64,000 nucleotides of DNA, from contig OY253676.1 in the NCBI GenBank assembly GCA_958009085.1, positions 1-64,000 on the forward strand, read 5' to 3'. Within the stretch, counting starts at the first letter, position 1. Every line of letters begins with the position of its first letter. Shown piece after piece: positions 46,801-59,928 of the stretch. The stretch comes from Protoeuglena noctilucae (lineage: Eukaryota). The translations under genes were made by a program, and so were the position numbers. Under the pieces are notes generated by a model. The model was given only the letters and a program-made list of their open reading frames with translations, did not search any database and had not been told where the DNA came from.

Positions 46801-49800
46801 GTAGGAGTTGTTGCTGTTGACGTTGTTGGGGGTGTAGACGGTGGTGAACTGCCCGGGGGAGCCCGCGACGGGCGACCACACATCGATGGTGAAGGTGGCC
46901 GTGCTGACCACGGCCGTGGGGGAGCTGTTGGTGGTCGTCGTGGCGTCGCACGTGGTGGGGTCGTTGCTGGAGCACCGCGTCAGCACCAGGTGCAGCTTGG
47001 ACGCGATGTCCTGCGACGCAGCCAGCCCCGCGTTGATGCGGTTGCCGTACTGGTCCCGGGCCACCACGTAGATCTGCCCCTTCGTGGGGTTGGTGACGAG
47101 CGGGTCGTTGGCGAGGGACGCGCCGCGCAGGCCCGGCCCGCTGGCGGAGAACTGGGCCGCGTCGGGCGACCCCGCGTTGATCGTGAGCGTGAAGCGGTTG
47201 CTGGTGCCCACGAGGCCGCCCGTGGCGATGTTGTAGGCCAGCCGCGTGAGCTCCTGCTGTGACGTGGCGCCGTTGGTGATGGTGATGGCGTAGGTGAGCG
47301 CCCGTGTGGAGCAGTAGGACACCGACCACACGCCCTGCGCCTGGTTCGATGACCCCAGCACCGCCGTGAGGCTGACGGGGACCGTGCTGGTGCACGAGGC
47401 GCTCATAGCAACGTCGCTCAGCGTCGTGGGGTCGAAGGCCTTGATCGACACCTGGGAGAAGGCGTCCGTGGTTGTGTAGTCCGTCTTGGCGTTCGCATAG
47501 ATGTCGCGGATGAGCACGTAGAAGGTGCCCTGGGTCCCCGCGGTGCCCACCACGCCCGCGGCCGTCATGGGCAGCACGGGGGTGCCGGTGGAGGTGGTGA
47601 ACTGGTGGGAGAGCCCCATGTGCGACGAGTACATGACCGAGTTGGACGACGTGCGGCAGGGGAGGGTGCCACAGCCGGACATCGTGGGAGGATCGAAGTA
47701 AAAGACCTCCGAGAAGGCACCGGAGAAGGCCGCTGGGGTCACGACCAGGGGGTAGGGCGCGGGGTAGAGGGGCGGGGTCTGCGACAGGTCGCCGGCGAGG
47801 GGCGTGAAGATGTCGCGGCCTGGCTTGCCGTCCGCGCCCATGATGGGGTACCGCGTGGTCTGCAGGGTGCCCCCCCGGATGCCCTTGGGCAGCGTGATGC
47901 TGATGTCGAAGCGGCCGGCGAGCGTGGTGGTGAGCGTGGTCTGGAACACGCCCGCCTTGGTGGCGTCGGTGGCGCCCAGATAGATGGTGGACGAGTTGAT
48001 CGTCACCAGCCCCGTGTTCTGGAAGTACACCGTGTTGCCTGCCAGCCGCAGCGGCACCTCGCTCACCAACAGCCCCTCCACGTAGCGCTGGTAGATGCCC
48101 TGGCACTGCTTCGTGGGGTGGTTCTGCACCAGCGTCGTGCACGATAGCTCGTACTTGATCGTCATCTGCGGCATGTTGGCCGACTGCAGCAGCCCCGCCT
48201 CGGGGTTGGTCTTCACGTTGCCGTAGTCATCACGCACCGTCACCAAGAACGTCTGACCCACGCCGGAGGGGCCCAGGGACCCGGCCTGGAACGTATCGAC
48301 GGCCGTGCCGGTGGCGAAGGACTCCGCGGGGCTGGTGGGGCCGGGGGCCACGGTCACCTGGTAGGGCCAGGAGGCGACACCGGGTGCCCCCGCAGGCACG
48401 GGGCCTAAAGAGGTGCCGAAGACGTTGGGCTGGCTGGAGGAGGCGGGCTTGCCGGGCGCGGCCTGGGTGCCGCAGCGCTGGGTGCTGGCCAGGAGGGTGG
48501 CGTCGCACAGATAGATGGTCATGGTGGCCTGACCCGCCTTGCGGACCGTGTAGCTGACGGGGTAGAACCCGTCGATGAAGGTGGTGGTGGCGCTGAACTG
48601 CACGTCCACGCGCGGGGGCTGCGGCTGCGTGGTGCTGGTCCACACCAGCGCGTCCCACTGCTGGGGGCTGTAGCAGCCCTGGTCGCCCCGGCTGTTGCGC
48701 ACGCCCCAGGGGTCGCCCGACTGCGTCCACGTCTGCCCCACCACCCCGACGCCGCAGTTGCCGTTGGCGTCCTCCACGACCACCATGAAGGGGTCGGTCA
48801 CCCAGCCGCCCGCCAGCGCGTCGGCATACGACGTCTTGTCTGGGGATGGGTGGGGAGGGGAGGGGGTGAGGGTGATGGAATGGATGGGAGGAAGGTGAGT
48901 GTGGAGGGAAGAGCAGGGAGGGGGACTAGCAAGCGCGGGGAGTGGCAATAGCAGGGATCGGGCATGGCCGGCAGCAGGAGTGGCGGAGTGGCGAAGCGAA
49001 GTGCTTGGTTACACAAAGAAACTCACATTTAAAGCCATACCCCCGCGTCGCTCACCCGGGAACCCCTGCCCGTTGCCGAATCGATCTCTGGCGAGGATGG
49101 AGAAGGTGGCCTGGAACCCCGCGACCACGCCGCTCGAGATGCCGAGCCCATTGTCGGTGGCCTTGCTCTCCACGGCGAAGGACTGGGCGCCCGCGGTGGG
49201 GGCGGGGCGCAGGGTGAGCACATAAGGCGGCGCGGCGGACTGGGCCAGCGTCTGGTTGGGCCCGCCTGGCCCGGCGATGGGGTTGTTGTTGACGGTGATG
49301 TAGATCTTGTAGGTGGGGTCCACGCGGCTGCGTGCCGTGAGGAAGTAGCTGATCTGCTTGAGCCCCGAGTTGGTCAGCGAGGATATCTGGGCGTAGGAGG
49401 CCGTGGGGTTGCCGTTGGCGTCCTTGGCGACGGTGGCGGCGGTGGGGAGCGACGTGTTGACGGTGGAGGCGAGCACGTACTGGGCGCCTCGGAAGGCCGC
49501 CTCGACGACGAACGACTGCTGCACGGTGATGTCGTTGCCGAAGCGGTCGCGCGGCTGCAGGTTGAACGTGCCCACCACCCCGACCGTGCCCACGGAAAGC
49601 GCGTGCGTGTTGGCGTCCACGTCCACCGCCTCCGAAATGCGATTGTCCACCGCGCCGGCGACTACCGTGACCGTGAAGGGCGATCCCATGATGCCCGTTC
49701 CCATGTTGACGTTCCCGGCGCTGTCGTAAGGGTCCGCCGTGCCACGGTAGCCCACCGTGAGTGTGTAGCTGCCCCCGCGGTCGGCGCCGAACTGCAGCAC

Positions 49801-52800
49801 GTAGACGCCGCCCGCGTCGCCCTGGATGCGGGGCCGCACGGCGAAGCGGTAGCACCGCCCCTCGGGGATGAGCGTGGTGGCGGCGCAGTTTGGATCGATG
49901 ACCTCGTTCGGCTTCAGCCACACGTGGGGGGGCGTGCCGGGGGGCTTGACGTACAGGTTGTGGTAGTTGGGGTAGTCCCACCGCGCGACCTGGGCGTCGG
50001 GGGCCAGCTGACCCACCGCGATGATGTCCGAGCTGACCTGCGTTGCGGGTGAGGGGGGATGTTTGTTACAACACAAGTTCTCGTCAGACAAGCTGGGGTG
50101 TCGAGACAAGTGAAAGCAAAGGGCTGTCACATGCATCGGATTGTACGCAAAAGGGGTAGGAGCGAGAGCGCACGTAACTCTCCCATTACCGCCCTAGGCA
50201 TAGCCCTCGCATGTCATATACCACTCCCCCCTACGCCTCACCAGCTTGTCCCCCGTGGGGTTCCCTCACCTCCCTCACACCACCTCTACCGCTTTCCAAT
50301 GCATCTAACCCCCACCACACATCTAGTCTACCATTTCTCACCAGCTTGTCCCCCGTGGGGTTCCCCTGGGCGTCGACCTGGTACGCGAGGCGGAAGACGG
50401 GCCCCAGCAGGTACTGAGCCGTGGGCAGGCTAGCCTTGTTCGCCATGCCGCTGAAGTCCGGGGACTGCAGCGAGGCGGTGAAGTTGTCGGAGCGGGAGAT
50501 GGAGACCGTGCCGAAGATGGTCACCGCCGTGATGGTCACGCTCGTGCTCTGCCCGGCCGTGACGTAGAACTTGCAGGGTTTGTTGAAGAGCGCCAGGCAC
50601 TGGTCGCACGTGTAGGCGTCGCAGGTCTCGGGGCACTTGAAGGACCACGTCTGGGGCAGGGCGTTACCCGCGCGGTCGTACTGCTGGGGGTTGAGGACCC
50701 ACAGCACGGTCGTGTAGGCGCCCGAGCTGTAGAGCTTCTGCCACACGGAGAGGTAGTCCGCGTCGCTCGTGATGGGGCGGCCGATGACCGACTCCAGCTG
50801 CGTCTGGTACTTTTGCTTGCACGCCGCGCACGTCTGGGGAAACACGGTGCACACCAGCTGCGAGGCGAGGATGCCGTTGAGCTTGCTGGAGAGGTACGTC
50901 CGCTGGGGGCTCGTGGCCACCACGTACATGGTCGCCACCTCCTGCTGGATGATGCGGGAGTACTGGTCCTCGCTGAACATGAAGAGAGGCGGGTGGTTGA
51001 GGCCCAGGCGGGACGTCATCTGCAAGCGAGGGGGGGGAGTTGGTTGTGTAGGGTGGGTGTCAAATGGTGGGTGCTTAACAAGAAGTGCTGAGCAGGAAGC
51101 GGGCGGCAGCAAAGCAGCAAGCAGTGGCAGTGGCTGCGTGGTGGGTGTGGGTAGAACGCAACACCCAGCCCCCATCACGCCCCCATCAAGACTTAACCCT
51201 CGCCTGGTCGATCTTGTTGATGTCGGTGCCGATGGTGTACTCCCAGATGCCGTACGGGGTGCGCGTGTCGACGGTCGAGGTCGTCCCGGGCACCAGGGGC
51301 TGCGCTGCGCTCGACGGGCGCGGGGGTGGCAGCGGGGGGACGGCGGCCGAGTTGCCGGTCATGTCGTAGTTGGCGAAGTACATGCGCGCGGGGGTCTCAT
51401 CCGCGGTGCTGCCCGTGGAGCTGGGCTGCATGGCCTGGAACGACCGCAGGAAGGGCGCCGTCGACACGGTCGGCTCTTGCGCCAGCTGCGCCGCCGTCAG
51501 GCCCGCGTAGGAGTTGAAGGTGTCAGAGGCCGCGTAGTTGGCGTCCAGCCACTTGAGGATCTTGTACGGCTGCCCGGAGCTGTCGAGCGCGGCGTTGCCG
51601 AGCGTCATGAGCGCGCTGGGCGTGGCCACCGCGTTCTGGTAGTTGATGTTGAGCTGCACGAGCGCCGACGGGCACACGCAGTAGACGGGTGCGGTGGCGC
51701 TGTAGGTGAGCGTGCCGCGGAACGTCTGCGCCGCCACCGCGTTGTGGCTGTTCACGTCCGCCTGCGTCAGCTGCCGCCCGCACTTGTAGTCCATGCCGCC
51801 CGGCAGGCCCGAGGGCGCGCAGGGCCCGGCCTTCTCGGTGATCGACACGACCGCGTAGAGCGCCTTCACGTTGGCCGCGGAGACGTACTTCTGGTACTTG
51901 GACAGGCCCGTGCTCGAGTCGGTCACCTGCTGCGTCATGACAGGGCTGAACTCCAGAATCGACTGCAGGCGTGGGGGAGAGGGGGGGAGATGAGGGATTT
52001 GAAACAACTGAAGAGGCGAAGGATGTCAGCAAGCATAGGATAGCATAGCACGGCAAGCGAGGGAGGCGTTGGTACAATCAAAAAAGGCTCTGAGACGTGG
52101 GCTGGCGAGGGGCCCTGGCGGTGAGCACGCGGTCACGCTCCCATGCCGCTGCTCTCTCACCAGGCTCCTCAGCTCGAGTGGCCACGCGTAGTACTGGATC
52201 TTGCTGTAGTCGACGCTCAGGTTCCACTTGCCGTTGAGCGGGTCGGTGCTGAGGGAGTTGAAGTTGGTGACGCGGCGGATGCCGAACAGCGTCTTGGAGT
52301 TGGCGTAGTTGGGGTTCCACAGCACGGTCCAGAACACCTGGTCGACTTGATCGAACGTCGACGACGACGAGTAGACGTCCGTGTAGTCGTACAGGAACGA
52401 GAACTGAGACGCCAGGTTCGGGTCAGGCTTGTAGGGGCACGACTTGCAGAAGGTGACCGTGAAGTAGGGACCGCCCGTGATGCTCGGGCCGCCGTCGCCG
52501 GGCGTCACGGGCGCGCCCGTCGTCTCGTTGATGGCGATCTGAGAGAGCAAGCGGGGGCAGGCGTGTGGGGAGGCGTGTCGAGACCGAGCAGGGCAGGATA
52601 TACGGACAGCGCGAGGGGCGCACGGGTGATGCTCGCATGGCACAAAGCGATTCTCGGGCCTGCACCGCCGCGCCGCCGCTCACCAGCGAGAGGATGGGCT
52701 TGAGGTCGGGCGCCGGCGTGAGGGGCGGCGACGAGGCCGGGTAGCCCGTGACGATCATGAGGATGCTCTTGCTGAGCAGGTCGTACTCCATCTGCAGCGG

Positions 52801-53478
52801 CGCGTACTGGAGCACGGGCGGGGGCAGGTGCTTGCCCGACGACATGTCGATCTTGCGCATGCCGAGCGGGTTGACGTCGCCCGGCCCATACGCGCACCCC
52901 ACGGGCAGCCCCGCCGCGGTGCACTGCGCAGGAGTCTTCTTCCCTCGCGGCGGCGTGTACATGTAGAAGTTCTGGCTCACGAAGTTGATCGTGTACAGCC
53001 CGTACGGCGCCTCCGTGAGCCGCCCCTGCCCGTACAGCGAGTCCGCCTCAATGCCCGACTGGAAGAGGTCCCCCGTGGCGGGCGCGTTGAGCATCGTGCG
53101 GGCGTAGTAGCACGGCGTCGTGCAGGCCTTGTAGCCCTGGGCGATGAGGTCGGAGGACAGGCTCGGGGGCGCGATGCCGCCCCCGGGCAGCAGCGAGCCC
53201 CCGCAGACGTCCTCGCACGCCGGCATCGTGTACTGCGTCGTGCCCTGGGTGTACGTGTACGGCCCCGTCGACGTCGTGACCGTCTCGAGGTTCTGCGGCA
53301 CCCCGCCCGTGGCCGTCACGGTGCGAATGTAGTCGCGGACCTCGCCAATGATGAGCTTGGAGGTGCCCAGCTGCGTGTTGAGGGCGGGGCTCGCCGGGCT
53401 CGTCAGCATGACCAGTACGGACATGAGCAGCAGCAGCGCCGCGGCCCGCCCCGCCCCCGCGCGCGCGAGGGGCCCCAT
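28855..53478 (-). CDS. Giant polycystin-1/REJ-like membrane protein (~17 exons, ~7,300 aa): signal peptide, >20 filamin/Ig-like repeats, REJ, GAIN/GPS, TM1-3, PLAT, 2x IQ, TM4-5
   Basis: Signal MGPLARAGAGRAAALLLLMSVLVML. Recurring D-x-[YF]-[GS]-N...DGTY...GSPF repeats. REJ: LIDASGSY, SVDPND, YTWQC, NGAPTSGTCAVSP...GWED...LTYEF. GPS: CRYYNDTTGQWQTDG...CETKHLTSF. Then FTRPQRL, PLAT WRIRVWTSDRRGAGTDA...FERGQMDEF...IGHDG...WHLDRV...CGKWL, and LPRWFIW...LYGL...WLLS...QDPLRV. Consecutive ORFs are joined by short introns with splice consensus. Confidence 0.85.
31437..31480. repeat. (GGAGAG)n microsatellite in the intron splitting the PLAT domain
   Basis: About six tandem ggagag units. Confidence 0.85.
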
Positions 53479-54369
53479 CTTGGCGCCGCAGGCCCCTGCC
53501 TCCGGGCAGGGACCCAGCCAGACGCGCGTCGCGCGGCGCTCCACGCCGGCGTTATCCTGCGAGGAAGAGGGAACGGCTTGGCGAATGAGCGGCCCGACCG
53601 GGCGGCCTTCTCGCGGGGCTCGCGGCGTTCGTCCATGCGGGACAGCCCAGACAGCGCCCCAAGGGCCGGCCGCAGCGACGACGGGTGCCGCAAGCCTATC
53701 TGGAATCTATACGGTCTCCCTGTGCGCTGCGCGGAGGCGCACCGGCCCCCAAGATGCACAGACAGCAAGCCGATGCCTCCAGCGCCCGTACGACGCCGGT
53801 CAACGCGTCCTCTGCGCCTGCGCGTGACCTTTTTTGTAACACAGCAAATCCCGCCTCATACCCCGCCTAAGAACATCCTCGCTGGGCAGAGGCGGGGCAA
53901 AACTTTTCACCCCGTCGGGACAGCGGCCCCCCCAACGCCCAGGATGGCGTCAAGCAACATGATTTCGGAGAGAGCCCTCACACGTCCGCAGCCATCGCGG
54001 ATTGACTCACCACGCGGGAAAACCTTCTCTCCCTCGCGTCCTTTGCAGCTGCTAGCAAACTTTCCTCTTCCGCAGCTCTAAGATAACGTCGTCGATCTAC
54101 GGCGGCACTCTACTACACGTTTTAGCTCGATCCTAAATTTCTTGCTAATTAGCTCACTAGCGACTACTCGCCGATCCAGCCGACGATGCGGACCAAGCAA
54201 TAGCTGGGCCACGGTTCCAGAGAGCCTCTTTCGCGTCCCTGAGGCTTGTGCTGCAGCCGCTAGATCAACAGTGTCAAAGGGCTTGCGACATTTGGGCCAG
54301 TCCCGGGCCTGCATGGCGTTCACACGTTCAAGAAGGTGACGGGATAGCGAGCCATTGGCTTTGCGACCC

Positions 54370-55807
54370 ATGGACCGGTTCGGTCGGTCCCCGCTGTCGC
54401 TCTGCGTCCCGGACTCCGACGCCTATCAGGTGCGTATGCGTATGCGCCCTGCGTATGCGCCTGGCCTACTGATGCGACCCAGACAGCGTGTCGCCCGGCG
54501 ACTCGCGTGACCCTCTTGACGACCGTCCTAGGCAGGACCGGACGCAGACGAGGTGTCCAGGGCTGGGCGCGCCGTGTCTCTGCGCGCGACGACGTCATCC
54601 TCCACCTCCCATGCCTTCCATCGCAGGAGATTCGAGCGCACGACGGCAGGGAGGCAGGGGGGCTCTTCAAGGGCCTGCGGGCCCTGGCGTCCGAGGTGGG
54701 AGCATTGCGGGCTCCCGGGCGCGGCAGGGGACACATCGGCCGCGCCGCGGTATCCCGTCGCTAAAATCGTGCTTCTCTCGACCGCAGCACGCCGAGCCGC
54801 AGCACGCCCGAGTCACCGGCGCGCGCGGCGGCCCCGCCGAGACGTCAGCAGGGGAACGCAACTCGTCCGCGCCGGCCGCCTGGTCCTTGGCAAGGACCGC
54901 ACGCAGATGCGTCGGTAATGTCTTCGCCTACCTGTCTGAGCGGGGGACATCGGCCGCCAAGTTCCTGGGGCTGGAGGGAGGCCCAGCTGACACCCGCAAG
55001 CCGTACCAGGGGCCCCGCCTGTGGGCGGTGACGGTGGAGGATCTCGAGAGCGCACCAAGGCCCTGGTGAGTCGTGGGATGACATGGGGATACGATGGACG
55101 CGATGGCACACCCGCAACTCCCCACGAAAGGCAAGCCGTGTGGTGCAGGTCGGAGTTTGTCGGCAAGGCGAGCGAGATTGGCGCGTGCTACCGGCTTCCG
55201 CGGACCTTCGCGGAGGTGCCCGACCGCCTCGAGGAGAACGTCGTGTACTTCCTGCCCAACTACTTGCGGCTGGTCGGGTGCGTGCCTGCATGCCTCGCCG
55301 GCAAGGGGGGCTGGCAAAGAGGGGCTGGCAAGAACAGCGTCCCCGGTTGCATCCGACCGCAGCATCACGGCGTGCATCGTCATGGCCCAGCGTCCCGGGG
55401 GGATCCTCGGGCTTGGCCTCATCTTTGCGGCGCGGCAGATGCTCCACCGCGTCATTGCGGCGCACGCGGAGGCGGCCAGGCGCCGGGCCGCGTCGGGGGT
55501 ATACCAGGGGTGGGACCAGTGGGTGGGCGCGGTGCTGGTGGTTCTGATGTGGCTCGTCCCATGGCTCATCGGAGCCAAGACACAGGGGATGGCCGGGGTC
55601 CTGCGCGGCGTGCAGTCAGGCGCCACGGCGGGCCTCGTGCACGCCCTGTTCCGTGTGCCGGCGTCCCAGATGCGCGAAGTGCGGACGGAGCTGCGGAGGG
55701 GTCCCAAGAGGGTGCTTGGCTTCGAGGCCAGCCAGGACGAGGTCCTGCGGTCCCTGGGCATCCCCACCGAGCAGGCCGGGCCCGTGGGGAAGGCCAAGAG
55801 GGCCTGA
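54370..55807 (+). CDS. PRA1-family (prenylated Rab acceptor) membrane protein; 5' exons approximate
   Basis: RPW|SEF...YRLP...DRLEENVVYFLPNYL, followed by hydrophobic segments and LVHALFR; TGA at 55805-55807. Confidence 0.82.
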
Positions 55808-56237
55808 GTCGCATGCCGATTGCTGCTGGGCGTCGCGCTGCACCGCATGTACCTAGGCCAGCCCGTTGTTGACGGTCGCAGTGCCTGACGCTGCCATGAA
55901 ACGACAGCTCTGACATCAAGAGACTTGTGGCCCCGACCGCCCGCCCCGCGGCAGGCCAAATCCGGCCTCCGGCGCGCATAGTGGCGTGCTCTTTGCACGT
56001 GGTGGCGGGGTCGACGTCGATGCTCGCGCAAGCCTGCCATCGCCGGCCAGCTGTGCGCTCGCAGCGCACCAGTGCCCCGGCCTTGCGAGTGGCGAGGGCC
56101 GGGAGGACAGCGGTCGTGTCGCGGGCGCACCAAGGCGAGCGGGCAGGGGGGCGAGCAGGGGGCGAGGGAGCAAGGTCGCTCTTTTTCTCCGTTCCCCGCC
56201 CGTCGCGGGAGGATCGGGCCCGCAGCAAGTCCTAGCC

Positions 56238-59200
56238 ATGTCCCATTCGTGCTATTTCCGATGTCGTATCGCGCATCGCCCGAGCCGGGTCGACGCTGGG
56301 CTGCGGTCCCCACGCCGCTCGGCTCCCGACGCTATACTTCGCCGCGGGTGTCCTCCGTGGCGACGTTATGTGCACCGGGACGAGGTCGCGAGGGGGAACG
56401 CTGAGATCTCGGCGTCGGTGGATCGCCCGTTGACCTCCGGTCGTTATTTCCGCGCACCATCGGCGAGCCGGTCCCCCTCCTTCCGCCCCGGCCATCCCCC
56501 CGGTTTCGTTTCGACCCATCCGCTCGACGGGGCTAGGCGGTGCGGCGCGGCCCGCCCTGGCGGGGGCGGGGGCCGTCCCCTTGTGGTGCGGTGTTGGGCC
56601 AGCGCATTTCGCGGCCCGTCTTCCAGATGCGGCGTTTCTGGGCGTAGAGGTCGACTCTCCACATGGAATGCTGGCTCCGTTTGCCGTCAGGGGCGCTTGT
56701 GGAGCTCCCGGGCTCGCGCCTTGCAGCGACAGCTTTCTGCTCCCCTCCCGCGCCTCTGCCGCCGCGGTTCCCGCGTGCGCAGTCTGCCCGCGACCTCCGA
56801 TGGTGTTCTGCCTTCTAGCTCCCCTGTGCTCGGGCGCTGGGGGACGGCGCGTCCCGTGGCCACGTGCAGCGCTTGCGAACGGATCTTGCCGCCCCGTCCC
56901 GGCCCGCAGGCCCGACCGTGAACGCCGCGTCGGCCACGGCCAACCGCAACATCACCCCGGAGAACATCAGGCACGTGAACAGCGCCCCTCGCCGCCTCCA
57001 TCGCGAATTTGGGCCCCGTACGTGCCCGTCACACCGTCACCCCCTCCCCCCGTCGCGGCCTGCAGGAGCGCGTCCGTGAGCATGCCGGCGTCATCGGACG
57101 AGGTCGCCTCCAATATCGGGTACCATGCCAAGTACACGGTCGGCACGGGGAGCTCCGAGTTCTCCCTGGCCCAGGTAACATTGGAGAGCTGGCGCAGGTA
57201 CTGTGCCTTAGGGGTGTCGTAGTGGTCCACAACGGTCAGGTCGCTGGACGGGGATGCCCAAGTTTCACCGCGACGGTTCGTCTCCGGGCTTTGCTGTTCC
57301 CAGGTGTACCGCGCGGCCGCCGCGTCGGTCCAGGAGCGCCTGGTGGAGCGCTGGGACGCGACCTTCCAGCACTTCGAGACCAAGGACCCCAAGATGGCCT
57401 ACTACCTGTCCATGGAGTTCCTCCAGGGGCGCGCCCTGGCCAACGCAGGCGAGGGCTGGGGCTGTGGGCGCTGCAGCCTCTCTTTTCGGCAGACAACACA
57501 GTCGTCGGAATGGCGGGGAGCCAAAAGAGCCGCATCTGCACGAGTGATATATTCGATGTTTAGAGTAGACAAAGCGCACCGACGAGTGGTCGGGAGCGAT
57601 GGCGCGTGCTGGGTCGACGCATCGTCACGTGTCACCACCCCCGCCCGCAGTGCGCAACATGGGGATGAAGGACCACTACGCCGCGGCGCTGGAGCAGTTC
57701 GGGAAGCGGCTGGAGGAGGTGGAGGACTTCGAGCGTGACCCCGGCCTGGGCAACGGTGGCCTGGGCCGCCTGGCGTCGTGCTTCCTTGACTCGATCGCCT
57801 CGTGCGACCTGCCCGGGTGGGGGTACGGCCTGAGGTACAAGTACGGCCTGTTCAAGCAGCTGGTGAACCGGGACGGGCAGATCGAGGTGCCCGAGGACTG
57901 GCTGGACCTGGGCAACCCCTGGGAGGTCAAGCGCCACGACATCCGGTACCGCGTCGGCTTCTTCGGCCACATGGACGGGGACAAGTGGGTCCCGGGGGAG
58001 CACGTGGACGCCGTCGCGTATGGTGAGAGTGGATGAGAAGAGCGGGGGGCGAGAGGCACGGCCACACGGGCCCCCTTGGTGCCAGCCGGTGCGTTGCGTG
58101 GGTGTGACCGTCGGTGACCGTCGCCGCTTCGTGCAGACACGCCCATCCCCGGCTACCGCACGACCAACACTATCTCCCTGCGCCTGTGGAACGCCGAGCC
58201 GTCGTCGTCGGACTTCGACCTCCGCGCCTTTAACGCCGGCAGCCACCTCGACGCCGTGCGTCGCCAAGTGCGCGCGGCCGAGATCTGCGCGGTGCTGTAC
58301 CCCGCGGACGGCACGCGCGAGGGGAAGGAGCTGCGCCTGCGCCAGCAGTACATGCTGTGCTCGGCCAGTGTCCAGGACATCATGGCCACCTTCAAGCGCC
58401 GGCAGATGGCGCACCACGGCAAGGTCGACTGGAACCAGGCGAGAAGCGGGGGGTGGGGGGTGTGATATGTGATATGTAACAGGGGTTGACACTGCGGCTG
58501 GGGTGTCGCACGCGTGACGCGACCCTGGCTTAACCTCCCGCAGTTCCCGAGCAAGGTGGCAATTCAGATGAACGACACGCACCCGACGCTGGCGGCGCCC
58601 GAGCTGATGCGCCTTTTGATGGACGAGGAGAAGCTTGGGTGGGACCAGGCGTGGTCGATCGTGACCAAGACGGTCAACTACACCAACCACACGGTCCTCC
58701 CCGAGGCGTTAGAAAAGTGGCCCCTGGAGATGATGGACTGCCTGCTGCCGCGGCACATGCAGATCGTGCGGCGCGTCAACCACGACTTCCTCAACTCGGG
58801 TGAGGGACCGCGTGCTAGTTGTGCTATCCTCCCTGGTTGGGCCACTCTTCCTTATTGCGCCGCTCGGTTTGTGCCACACTGACCGCGCACTCTCCCCTCA
58901 CCGCCCCCCTTTGCAGTGCGGGATGCGTCGGACGAGGCCAAGCTCAAGATGACCATCCTCAGCAACATCAACCTGGAGGACTACACCACCCCGGAGGCCA
59001 AGGTAGGGGGCGCAGGGGACCTGGGGCAGGCTGAGTGACTGAATGTGCCAAGGCAATCGCTGCAGGGATGCGGCACGCGATCGCGGTGACGGTGGCCTTT
59101 GCAAGTTACTTGTTATCTCACCGTATCATCATCCTGTGCCTGTTCCCGTCCCCAGGCTGCCAAGGCGAAGGCCGCGGAGGCGGCGGGGACCGCGAGGGCG

Positions 59201-59888
59201 GCGGCGTCGGCGGCGGGCGGTGCGCCCCACCCCCCCGCTCCCCACGGCCACGGCAACGGGGCTGAGAAGAAGCACGAGCCCCGCATGGAGAATCCCGTGG
59301 TGGCCATGGCCAACCTGTGCGTGGTGTCGGCCAAGTCCGTCAACGGCGTGGCGGCCCTCCACACGCAGATCGTCAAGGACGAGGTGAGGGGCGCAGGCAT
59401 GGGAAGGTGCAGTGGCTGGTAGAAATGGTGAAGATGATGGATACAGGCGTGGCGTGGTCAGTTGCGGTGGCAGATGGGACGAGGACGAGGGCGTGCATTG
59501 TGGCTGAGGGGAGAGAGAGAGGAGGCAGCCGTTTCTGTTTGCTTCATGGCCGCCATCTCCGCAATCCCTCATGTCATATCGCGTCTCCCCCCCAGGTGTT
59601 CAACGACTTCTTCCACCTCTGGCCGGGCAAGTTCCAGAACAAGACCAACGGCGTGACCCCCCGCCGGTGGCTGGCGTGGTGCAACCCGCGCCTGTCCGCC
59701 GTCATCACCAAGTGGCTGGGCACGGACGCCTGGGTGCAGAACCTGGACCTGCTGGAGGGCCTGCTGCCCCACGCGGACAACGCCGACCTGCAGCGGGAGT
59801 GGACGGAGGCCAAGCGGGCCAACAAAGAGTCGCTGCGGCAGTGGCTCAAGGCCACGACGGGGTTCGACGTGCCTAAGGACGCCATGTA

Positions 59889-59928
<40 letters not shown>

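Noticed and set aside
28855..53478. Treating the 3137-aa, 1422-aa and 1188-aa ORFs as separate genes
   Set aside because: Each is bounded by splice consensus and short pyrimidine-rich introns, only the first exon has a signal peptide, and domains continue across the gaps.
54078..54371. Lower-GC 97-aa ORF between the giant gene and PRA1
   Set aside because: It has atypical codon usage and no motif, and lies in a divergent promoter/5' UTR region.
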